Of a DNA stretch of 64,000 nucleotides, positions 54,701 through 64,000 are shown in pieces; position 1 is the stretch's first letter, and every line of letters starts with the position of its first letter. The DNA lies in contig JBEPZY010000001.1 in assembly GCA_041640595.1 (NCBI GenBank), forward strand, positions 320,001 to 384,000. Reading direction: 5' to 3'. Position numbers and translations under genes: made by a program. This stretch comes from Gemmatales bacterium. Its GTDB lineage: Bacteria; Planctomycetota; Planctomycetia; Gemmatales; HRBIN36. The notes beneath the pieces were generated by a model. The model had not been told where the DNA came from. It made no database searches and saw only the letters and a program-made list of their open reading frames with translations.

Positions 54701-57700
54701 AGACCTCGTCCGGGATTTTCAGACTAAAGCCCCGAGCCTCGCAACTTAGACCCCAACCAATAGGGGATTGAAACTTCAACCCCGTTATCCAGGATAAGCT
54801 TTGCGAACCGGCTCGCAACTTAGACCCCAACCAATAGGGGATTGAAACCAATAAGAAAAGCGACTAACGTGTTTACCCAGAACTGTCTCGCAACTTAGAC
54901 CCCAACCAATAGGGGATTGAAACTATCTTTACGCATCTTTCCATATTTGTCCTCCCCTTTCTCGCAACTTAGACCCCAACCAATAGGGGATTGAAACAAT
55001 GCGGTGAGTGTGAAACTCGCAAAAACCCTAGAACTCGCAACTTAGACCCCAACCAATAGGGGATTGAAACTCTGGCAACTGGTCAGTTGGTCTCGGTTGG
55101 CTACATCTCGCAACTTAGACCCCAACCAATAGGGGATTGAAACATGATTGTAGCGACACGGACCATGGCTATCCTCCTTCTCGCAACTTAGACCCCAACC
55201 AATAGGGGATTGAAACACACGGATTTGCGGCAGGCTAATACTTAGCCTGCCTCTCGCAACTTAGACCCCAACCAATAGGGGATTGAAACAACCATACCTA
55301 AAAACTCACAAAACAGGTAGAACGGCTCGCAACTTAGACCCCAACCAATAGGGGATTGAAACGGCAACGCGATAGACATTTCACTCTGCAGATCCCAATC
55401 TCGCAACTTAGACCCCAACCAATAGGGGATTGAAACACCCCCACTACCCCGATGTAGCGGAGGGCGGACAACACTCGCAACTTAGACCCCAACCAATAGG
55501 GGATTGAAACGCCCGGCTCCTGGGCCTACGGCAGCCGGGCAAAGTCCCTCGCAACTTAGACCCCAACCAATAGGGGATTGAAACGGATTTGCGGCAGGCT
55601 AATACTTAGCCTGCCTCAGACTCGCAACTTAGACCCCAACCAATAGGGGATTGAAACGGCCCGGCGGTCGAAGGAGGTCTAACGACACTATATCTCGCAA
55701 CTTAGACCCCAACCAATAGGGGATTGAAACTATAGCCGTGGCTCGGCAGGGCAGGAGCGCTGGGAACTCGCAACTTAGACCCCAACCAATAGGGGATTGA
55801 AACTTAACCCAGTCAATAACGGTGCTAACGATTTCGGACTCGCAACTTAGACCCCAACCAATAGGGGATTGAAACAATGTCGAACAGATATTTCAAACTT
55901 CTCACCTTTAACCTCGCAACTTAGACCCCAACCAATAGGGGATTGAAACTCCTAGCGCATCGTTCCATGCCTGTCTCCCTGTTTGGCCTCGCAACTTAGA
56001 CCCCAACCAATAGGGGATTGAAACGAATTCCCGGTCAACATAAAGGCCATTGACCTCAATCTCTCGCAACTTAGACCCCAACCAATAGGGGATTGAAACA
56101 GCTGCGTTGGCTGTGTAGCCGCATGGCCACATGGCCTCGCAACTTAGACCCCAACCAATAGGGGATTGAAACGTCACGTCCTCTCCCTGTGGCGGGTGAC
56201 GACGGCTAACTCGCAACTTAGACCCCAACCAATAGGGGATTGAAACAATCCGATAAGAACGGATACAATAGCTATGGCCGACCTCGCAACTTAGACCCCA
56301 ACCAATAGGGGATTGAAACGAAAGAGTTTCAGCCAGTCGATAAAACTTTCATCAGTCTCGCAACTTAGACCCCAACCAATAGGGGATTGAAACTGCAGTC
56401 CTGAGAATGCACACAGCACATAGATCGTCCTCGCAACTTAGACCCCAACCAATAGGGGATTGAAACTGTGCTTTCATCCAATCAAGCACGAACTGACGCC
56501 ATCTCGCAACTTAGACCCCAACCAATAGGGGATTGAAACATCAAAAGAGTAATGTCTATTCAAAAGCCAACATACCCTCGCAACTTAGACCCCAACCAAT
56601 AGGGGATTGAAACCCAACAACGTTTTCAACCGTAGCAACGCGGGCGGTGCTCGCAACTTAGACCCCAACCAATAGGGGATTGAAACACTGCCGACCCTAA
56701 CATCTTCCATCTCCATTATGGTCTCGCAACTTAGACCCCAACCAATAGGGGATTGAAACGCCAGTCGATAAAACTTTCATCAGTAACTGGCCTACGAGCT
56801 CGCAACTTAGACCCCAACCAATAGGGGATTGAAACATACCATTGTTGAAATCAACCTGTTGACCTTGCTCCTCTCGCAACTTAGACCCCAACCAATAGGG
56901 GATTGAAACTCTTCCATCTCCATTATGGTCTTTGGGCCCGTTGATACTCGCAACTTAGACCCCAACCAATAGGGGATTGAAACCTTCATTACGATGGTGT
57001 GCTGCACGCCTGTTAACCTCGCAACTTAGACCCCAACCAATAGGGGATTGAAACACAGTTACTTTCCAGGACTCAACAGGGTTGTCCAACTCGCAACTTA
57101 GACCCCAACCAATAGGGGATTGAAACGGTTATTCTCTTGCGATTACGCCCCAGTGCGTAATCGCTCGCAACTTAGACCCCAACCAATAGGGGATTGAAAC
57201 AGTATCGCATGGCATTCCTCCTGTTCTTTTACCCTCTCGCAACTTAGACCCCAACCAATAGGGGATTGAAACTCCGAGCTTTTGGAACTTTCACCTCCAC
57301 GGTGCCATCTCGCAACTTAGACCCCAACCAATAGGGGATTGAAACCAATAGCTATGGCCGACCCTCCTAACATCTCTTTCCCTCGCAACTTAGACCCCAA
57401 CCAATAGGGGATTGAAACCTTGAACTTTACGTAACTTCTCAGGATGTGTAACTTTCTCGCAACTTAGACCCCAACCAATAGGGGATTGAAACCTGGCTGC
57501 TTCTTTAAGGGCTTCGATGCAAAAGCCCCTCGCAACTTAGACCCCAACCAATAGGGGATTGAAACGACTTGGATTTGGTTCTTTCTAGGCATAGTTTTAC
57601 CCTCGCAACTTAGACCCCAACCAATAGGGGATTGAAACCTACCACCAGGACGAGGAGGGAAAGCAGCACAAATACTCGCAACTTAGACCCCAACCAATAG

Positions 57701-57934
57701 GGGATTGAAACCCAACAACGTTTTCAACCGTAGCAACGCGGGCGGTGCTCGCAACTTAGACCCCAACCAATAGGGGATTGAAACACCGGCTTGGAGATAG
57801 CTCAGGCAGAACCGACCCGATCTCGCAACTTAGACCCCAACCAATAGGGGATTGAAACGACCGCGTCCGGACCCTGGCCAGAATAAAGCCGACCAGCCTC
57901 GCAACTTAGACCCCAACCAATAGGGGATTGAAAC
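39749..57934 (+). CRISPR. Giant CRISPR array, 37-bp repeat CTCGCAACTTAGACCCCAACCAATAGGGGATTGAAAC, ~245 repeats
   Basis: Near-invariant repeat with CCCC/GGGG stem and ATTGAAAC 3' end; spacers ~34-40 bp; one repeat with an extra A at 48321-48358. Count estimated from span / ~74 bp. Confidence 0.99.
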
Positions 57935-57970
57935 GGTAGGGTGGAGGATTAGCTGTAATGGCAGCTCTGC

Positions 57971-58510
57971 CTCGAATGGGAACTCTAACAAACAGGAGAT
58001 TGTTACTCTCTGTCTCTTCTTAAGAAGGATTGGTCAAGCTTGACCTTGCAACGTGAGCCCAACTGGCATGGAATTGTAACTTTCGTCACAGAAATCAAGA
58101 TTCCAAGATTGTCCACGTTGCAATTTTGTACATAACCAATAGGGGACGAAAATGACTTGGATGATGGGCACGCATAGTGCGAGGATTTCCGAGCACACAA
58201 GATGGAGTTCAACTAGCATGAGATCGAAAAACAAACGTATGCCGGGCTAGCGCTTAGGCTTCATGCGTACGTGATCGAGAACCATACGGTATTAGCCGTG
58301 TACTCATCATGTGAAGCGTCTCTATTATGGTTGTGCTGTCAACTTAAACGAACCAACAGGGGACTATGAACGGCTGGATAAAGATTGACGCCACCACTTG
58401 GCCTCGTCTCGTGACTTAGACATTAATCTATGGAAAACCGGAGTTAGTACGGTGTGAAGGCTTCGCCGCGTCTTGCCGGAAAATCAACTTGTACGTTGAG
58501 CAACAGGTTG
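57971..58510 (+). CRISPR. Degenerate trailer repeats of the array
   Basis: Decayed repeat copies at ~57971, 58045, 58117, 58335, 58408 and 58481 keep the ~73-bp phase. Confidence 0.6.
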
Positions 58511-59165
58511 GGCAAGGTGGCGTTCTGGGAGTGGAATTAGTTTGTTCGTTGCTGGTGCGACGCGGCTATCAGCCTCATAGTTAGGTAGGTGGGTGGTTCG
58601 GATTGCTGTTATTGCAATTCAGCTTGATGGCTTCCATGAGGGTTTAGTTAGTGGTACGTCCATTCAATGATGGGAAGCTTGATTTAGTGCGTGGCTTAGG
58701 TCCAGTAACTGAAATATAAAGGTTACCAGGATTGACGATCCCAAGCGAGTGTCCAATCTGTGGGCGAGTCGGAGCAGGTAGGGATGTACAACCAGTCCTG
58801 AAAGACGGAAAGTTGGCTCGAATACAAGCAGTGGCCCTAGTGAATACACAAGGGAAGTGCATTCGTACAAGGAAATGAATTAAGGAGGGTCGTGAACAGA
58901 TGTCCATCGGGCGTCGTGCATTGGAAGGGGTTCCAGATGCTTGTTGGCGCAATGACATCGTTCGGGCTAACATTAGTTTGAGAAGCGATCCGAGTCTTAG
59001 CCAAAGTGGCTTTCTGAAGCGCAGGAGCTTGGGTGTCTTTTGGTTGAGATTGGTAAGACCAAGCACTGGAAGACAAAGGCCGGGTTCGTATAACATGATT
59101 TGAGCAAGAAAAAGCTGTCCGTGGGTGTCCAGCTTTGAGGCACATAATAATTGAGGAGAGAAGCG

Positions 59166-59747
59166 ATGCTTGCGGAAATTGTGTGGTTGCCGTGGGCTAT
59201 TTTGGCCGCAGTGGTGCTGTTGATTCTACTGTGGGGAATTGGCGTTTACAATGGGCTGATCGCGCGACAAGGTGAAGCGCAAAATGCATGGTCGCAAATT
59301 GATGTGCAATTGAAACGCAGGTACGACCTGATTCCCAATCTTGTTGAAACCGTCAAGGGATACGCATCACACGAGAAAGAAACTTTAGAACGGGTAATTC
59401 AGGCCCGCAACGCGGCGATGAATGTCCGCGGCATAGCAGAACGAGCGGAGGCTGAAACTGCTCTGACAGGTGCGATGCGGCAGCTATTGATGCTGGCTGA
59501 GGCATATCCCGAGCTAAAGGCGAACGAAAATTTCAAAGCCCTACAAGAGGAGTTGATTTCGACAGAAAACAGGATCGGGTTTGCCCGACAGCATTATAAC
59601 GACGTGGTAGCCAGGTACAATGTTTGTCTGCGGCGCTTTCCTGCTAACATTATAGCAGGGCTATTTAGATTCCCCGAATACGAGTTCTTTCAGGTGGAAA
59701 GTGCTGAGGCGCAGCAGGTTCGACAAGCCCCTAAGGTTCAGTTCTAA
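59166..59747 (+). CDS. lemA: LemA family protein
   Basis: YNGL...NAWSQIDVQLKRRYDLIPNLVETVKGYA, AYPELKAN. Confidence 0.95.
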   Translation: MLAEIVWLPWAILAAVVLLILLWGIGVYNGLIARQGEAQNAWSQIDVQLKRRYDLIPNLVETVKGYASHEKETLERVIQARNAAMNVRGIAERAEAETALTGAMRQLLMLAEAYPELKANENFKALQEELISTENRIGFARQHYNDVVARYNVCLRRFPANIIAGLFRFPEYEFFQVESAEAQQVRQAPKVQF

Positions 59748-59764
59748 TATGATGGTGCAAGACA

Positions 59765-60733
59765 ATGGGTCTGGCTACATTTAGGGATCTGATTGCAGAA
59801 AATCAGCGCAAAAGTGTGTGGCTAGTTGTAAGCTTTTGTATAGTAACGTCCTTAGCGTTGACGGGACTTGTATTAGGTATCGTGTCATTAATGGTTCCTG
59901 AATTGCTCGAGGTGTGGTTTTGGCCTGCAACAGTAATGACGTTTGTTGGTGGGCTTATTATTGCTGGATTAGTGGCTTTATTAGGAGTACGACGTGGGGA
60001 TAGAATTGTTTTGGTAATTAGTAGAGCCAGGCCCGTCCACAAGGTTGATGATCCGCAGTTATACAACGTTGTTGAAGAGGTTGCTATAGCTGCGGGCGTT
60101 CCTCCACCCCAGATATACTTAATCGAGGATTATGCGATGAATGCCTTTGCGACAGGACGTGATCCAGAACACGCAGCGGTAGCTATTACCCGCGGTTTGC
60201 GGGAGAGGCTTACGCGAGAGGAATTGCAGGGTGTAATCGCACACGAAATAGCTCACATTCGCAATTACGATATTCGGCTTATGATGTTATTAGCCGTGCT
60301 GATCGGTATGGTGGCGGTACTGGCAGATTTTCTTTTCCAGAGTTTGAGATTTGCCAGCTCTAAAAAAGGGTTGAAGCGACGCGAAGGAAAAGCTTCCGGA
60401 GGATTAGTAGCTGCCGTTGTCATCGTGGTTGCTATGCTTCTCGCTCTCGTGGCTCCACTGGTAGCTCAGGTCATTCAGTTAGCTGTCAGTCGAGAACGTG
60501 AATACCTGGCCGATGCGACCGCTGTCGAATTGACCCGCAATCCGCACGGAATCCTTGGAGCCCTTCGGAAAATATCCCAAGACGACGCAGTTCTGCAAGT
60601 GGCTAATCGAGGCACTGCGCATCTTTATTTCGTCAATCCGATACGCAATTATGCTGCTCGCGGGGCAACTCTTTTTTCCAGCCATCCTCCCATCGAAGAG
60701 CGCATCCGGCGTCTCGAAGCATTGCTTGTTTGA
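59765..60733 (+). CDS. htpX: M48 zinc metalloprotease HtpX
   Basis: NAFATG, HEIAH, SREREYLADA, SHPPIEERI; follows lemA. Confidence 0.92.
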   Translation: MGLATFRDLIAENQRKSVWLVVSFCIVTSLALTGLVLGIVSLMVPELLEVWFWPATVMTFVGGLIIAGLVALLGVRRGDRIVLVISRARPVHKVDDPQLYNVVEEVAIAAGVPPPQIYLIEDYAMNAFATGRDPEHAAVAITRGLRERLTREELQGVIAHEIAHIRNYDIRLMMLLAVLIGMVAVLADFLFQSLRFASSKKGLKRREGKASGGLVAAVVIVVAMLLALVAPLVAQVIQLAVSREREYLADATAVELTRNPHGILGALRKISQDDAVLQVANRGTAHLYFVNPIRNYAARGATLFSSHPPIEERIRRLEALLV

Positions 60734-60819
60734 GCACTGGAATCGGTCTTGCACTGTGGACCGGAGTCTGGTATAGTGGAATTTCTTACGAAGCGAAAGA
60801 AAAACGAGCCTTTGCTGAT

Positions 60820-61221
60820 ATGGTCGAGGCAAAATCGCTTATAGATCGGGTGCTTGATGATGAAGCCATAACCGCGGGATTAGAGGATCCGGAGGCACGT
60901 TTGCTAGTTGAATGGCTAGTGGAACAGACCGAGCATATTGCGCGCAGCGCGGTATCGCCACAGCAGGCAAGGGAACGAGTCGAAAGATTGTGCCATTATG
61001 CTCGGGCATTGCGGCAATTTCTTGTCCTCTGGTGTTATGATAAGAATCCTGGTTCGGCAGCGCAACTAGCGGCCACGCAAAAGTTCGCTTGGCCGTTGCC
61101 CTCAGCGGAGGAAGAGAATGCTCTTAGCATTCTGCAGCAGGTACTACTATGGCACGCGAAAAACGGGCATGCTTCCTGGATCGCGGAAGGTTCCACAAGC
61201 GCATGCCCGAAGTCTACATAG
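60820..61221 (+). CDS. Hypothetical protein
   Basis: ATG 60820; helical 133-aa ORF in the operon direction. Confidence 0.65.
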   Translation: MVEAKSLIDRVLDDEAITAGLEDPEARLLVEWLVEQTEHIARSAVSPQQARERVERLCHYARALRQFLVLWCYDKNPGSAAQLAATQKFAWPLPSAEEENALSILQQVLLWHAKNGHASWIAEGSTSACPKST

Positions 61222-61296
61222 ACCAATAAATCTGTAGGGAAGTTGGCGATGTGGCTCACCAACCTAATAAATTGCGTTCCGCGGGATGTAATCGAG

Positions 61297-62343
61297 ATGC
61301 GCCTGCTAACTATATTGGTGTTCGTTCTATTCGGATGCAAGGAAGAGACCAATCGTACCTATACTTCGAGTACTGAAGGAAATTGCGGTACAGTCCTGCG
61401 CATTTATTTTACCAATCCCGCTTTATCTACCGGCGCTCCAGAGCATCCGGCCAATGTCATTGCGGGATATATTGACCAAACGGTGCGCGATTTAGAAGTG
61501 TGCGCTCACGAGCTTGATAGTGAAGTTATAACCAGAGCAATAGTGCGAGCCCACCGACGTGGTGTGAGGGTCAGGATGGTGGTGGAAACATCTTACAAAG
61601 ACGAACCATGCATTCGCAGGTTACAAGAAGAGGGAATACCGATAGTCGATGATGGACGGGAAGGAGGATTGATGCATAATAAGTTCCTCGTTTTCGACGG
61701 CAGGGCTGTTTGGACTGGTTCAATGAATTTTACAGAAAATTGCACTGGTCGTAACGATAATCACGGTATCTATATTGCCGACGAGCGAGTGGCTGAAAAT
61801 TACCACACAAAGTTTCGGTGGATGTTTGAGGGGCGAAAATTCGGTGGCAAGCCAGACAAGAATAGCCGCATTCCTTACCCACAAGTTACACTCAAGGACG
61901 GGACAATTGTGGAAACCTATTTTGCACCTGATGATCATCCTGCGGGGAAGATTGTTGAGCAGATCCGCAGGGCGAGCAAATCGGTTCACTTTCTGGCATT
62001 TAGTTTTACACATCCAGGCATCGCAGATGCTATTTTGGAACGAGCCAGCAAAGGGATAGAGGTTCAGGGCGTACTAGAACGCAGGCAAGCGATTGCGGGA
62101 CATTCGATGTATTCAAAGTTCCTATTAGGGGGTCCTGCGGTGCAGGTATATTTAGACGGAAACAAATATAACATGCACCATAAAGTAATCATCGTGGACG
62201 GAGCGGTGACCATTGCCGGTTCCTTTAATTTCAGCATTGGTGCAGACCGAGACAACGACGAAAACGTGTTGATTATTCACAGTGCCGCAGTTGCCAGACA
62301 GTTTGAAAGCGAATTTCAAAGAGTCCTGGCACAGGCTCGCTAA
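61297..62343 (+). CDS. Phospholipase D/nuclease family lipoprotein (two HKD motifs)
   Basis: HNKFLVFD..GSMN and HHKVIIVD..GSFN; lipobox-like LFGC. Confidence 0.9.
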   Translation: MRLLTILVFVLFGCKEETNRTYTSSTEGNCGTVLRIYFTNPALSTGAPEHPANVIAGYIDQTVRDLEVCAHELDSEVITRAIVRAHRRGVRVRMVVETSYKDEPCIRRLQEEGIPIVDDGREGGLMHNKFLVFDGRAVWTGSMNFTENCTGRNDNHGIYIADERVAENYHTKFRWMFEGRKFGGKPDKNSRIPYPQVTLKDGTIVETYFAPDDHPAGKIVEQIRRASKSVHFLAFSFTHPGIADAILERASKGIEVQGVLERRQAIAGHSMYSKFLLGGPAVQVYLDGNKYNMHHKVIIVDGAVTIAGSFNFSIGADRDNDENVLIIHSAAVARQFESEFQRVLAQAR

Positions 62344-63671
62344 GAAGGCAAAGGACGGCCTTTCGTCTCCGGTGCAAACCAGACTATCAGAAGACCTGCG
62401 ATATAAATCAAGCTGGTTATCGCACCGGCTTGGGCGTAGCTACCGTGGAAGACCTCGTTAATTAAGGTGCCGGTGAAGACAGCCCCGAAAGCGGCGACGA
62501 TTCTGCCGATGTTAAACGCAAAACCCTGACCGGTGGCGCGCAGGCGAGTGGGAAAGATTTCGGGCAGATAAAGTGGAAGCCAACCGTAGAAAGCTGCTGT
62601 AACCCCCCCGGCAAGAAATACCAAACACATGAAACGCCAGTTAGGGGTCGTCGGAGAAAAGGTCCACGGGAAGCGAAAAATCCAGGCGCACAACAAGAGC
62701 GAGGCCAGACTAATACTGAAATAGCCAATGCGCCGGCCCAAAGTTTGTCCTACGAAGCCACCGAGAAATGCGAAAACACAGGCACCCAGCCCGGAGCTTA
62801 TTTGAGCTAAGCTGGTTTGAAATTGCGAGTTAGTCTGGGAGTTGACCCAGGGAGGTATCCATTGTATCGAACCCCAGGTACCGATTAGTGCGATGGCTCC
62901 CAAGCAGGAGCCTATAATCGTGTTGAAGGCTATTCCGGGACGAAAGATTTCTGCTAAATGGGGTTTAGCCTCGGTTTTTGCGACTTGTTGCCAGCGCTCA
63001 GATTCAGGCACGAACATGCGGATGAAAAAAGTCAATAGAGCTGGGAAAGCACAAAATCCTAAAACCCATCGCCAGCCTCCCTGGGCGATAGGCAAACCTA
63101 AAGAATCAAAAGACCACGCTAATAAAGCGGCCAGAGTAAAGCCTATATTCGCTGCCGCTCCGATTAGACCTGCTAAAACTGGTCGCGCTCTGGATGGCCA
63201 GGTTTCCATGACCAGGGCGACACCCAAAGCCCATTCACCACCCATTCCCAGAGCAGCAGTGAATCGCAGAGCTAATAATTGCCACGGACTCCTGGCGAGG
63301 CCGCATAGTCCGGTGAACACCGAATAAGTGAGCACACTAAGCATAAGTCCGCGCACGCGGCCAAGGCGATCTCCTATCCATCCAAAAATCCAACCGCCCA
63401 GCGCGGCCCCTACCAAAAACGCAGCGGTGATGCGCCCATACCATAATCCCGATAGCTGCTGCACCTTCGTGGAGTCGGCTGGATTGCCGTCCGCATCAAA
63501 ATATTGGGCGGTGGGCTCCATCTCCTGAAGGCGATAGCCGAGCACATCAATCAAAGCTGGGCGGGCTACTGCCGGGAATATACCCATTTCGAAGCCATCA
63601 AAAAGCCAACCTAATAAAGCTGCGATTAGCGCCAACCACTGGCCTCGATTCGTATCGTGATACCAGCGCAT
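62340..63671 (-). CDS. MFS transporter
   Basis: WLFDGFE, GDRLGRVR, LGMGGEW, EIFPTRLRATG, PETKG. Confidence 0.93.
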   Translation of the reverse strand: MRWYHDTNRGQWLALIAALLGWLFDGFEMGIFPAVARPALIDVLGYRLQEMEPTAQYFDADGNPADSTKVQQLSGLWYGRITAAFLVGAALGGWIFGWIGDRLGRVRGLMLSVLTYSVFTGLCGLARSPWQLLALRFTAALGMGGEWALGVALVMETWPSRARPVLAGLIGAAANIGFTLAALLAWSFDSLGLPIAQGGWRWVLGFCAFPALLTFFIRMFVPESERWQQVAKTEAKPHLAEIFRPGIAFNTIIGSCLGAIALIGTWGSIQWIPPWVNSQTNSQFQTSLAQISSGLGACVFAFLGGFVGQTLGRRIGYFSISLASLLLCAWIFRFPWTFSPTTPNWRFMCLVFLAGGVTAAFYGWLPLYLPEIFPTRLRATGQGFAFNIGRIVAAFGAVFTGTLINEVFHGSYAQAGAITSLIYIAGLLIVWFAPETKGRPLPS

Positions 63672-64000
63672 CTTTAGTTTTGCTCCTAAGTTAGTTGAAT
63701 CCGCTTATACCAGTCTGGTGTCTCTCGAAGCTTGCTCGCTTTCCAAGGTGTGATTGTCGCAAATCGTTCGTTTGGGTGCAGGTGCAATTGGAAAATTGAG
63801 GCTTTCTAGCAATTGCTTTATGCTGAGGGCGATATTAGATGTGTATGGTGCCCAGCTAATTACTAGGAGATGAACGGTTAGCAAGAGCACGGGCCATCTG
63901 CTGAACTAAATTTTTCATCACAAAGCCACGCGAAGGAGCAACATCTACATGCACGCCGAGCTCATATAGACGTTTTTGTACCACCGGTCCAACGGCAGCG

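Noticed and set aside
56320..56799. Hammerhead-like CTGATGA...GAAAC in assembled spacers
   Set aside because: Stem II does not close next to the core, and the tract reads cleanly as protein (PVTDESFIDWLKLF).
39687..57007. Dozens of minus-strand ORFs containing FQSPIGWGLSCE / VSIPYWLGSKLR
   Set aside because: These are translations of the CRISPR repeat, not genes.
58644..59145. Short overlapping ORFs downstream of the array
   Set aside because: No domain signal or convincing start; probably trailer decay and the lemA promoter region.

Overview
Window from a GC-rich bacterium, probably a Planctomycete (inferred from the STK-WD40/TPR genes, HEAT-repeat protein and REP-like repeats). It has three zones. 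(1) About 1-20513 is the right part of a genomic island integrated at the 3' end of tRNA-Arg(TCT). It carries a tyrosine integrase, an excisionase remnant, iteron-like repeats, a GrpE-like/dynamin/Hsp70/dynamin operon, a kinase-WD40 gene with an orphan TPR cassette, and four decayed IS elements. (2) About 20600-36000 holds core genes (LysR, sterol desaturase, lysA, argH, aspS) and a vWA/PP2C/kinase (TerY-P-like) triad. (3) 36211-58500 holds cas2, a ~290-nt structured intergenic segment, a stand-alone group II-type RT, cas1 and a giant CRISPR array (~245 repeats, estimated), with no effector genes in the window; lemA, htpX, a PLD and an MFS gene follow. Three observations stand out. First, many spacers overlap, are mostly antisense, and reassemble into variants of a small hairpin-dense element encoding a ~30-35-aa transmembrane peptide with a basic tail (plus a Zn-ribbon ORF), suggesting an unknown RNA element recorded by an RT-Cas1-Cas2 module. 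Second, the island's IS remnants are repeatedly interrupted by ~29-39-bp local duplications flanking ~30-38-bp unique inserts, which is CRISPR-unit geometry. Third, a putative ncRNA sits directly upstream of the RT.
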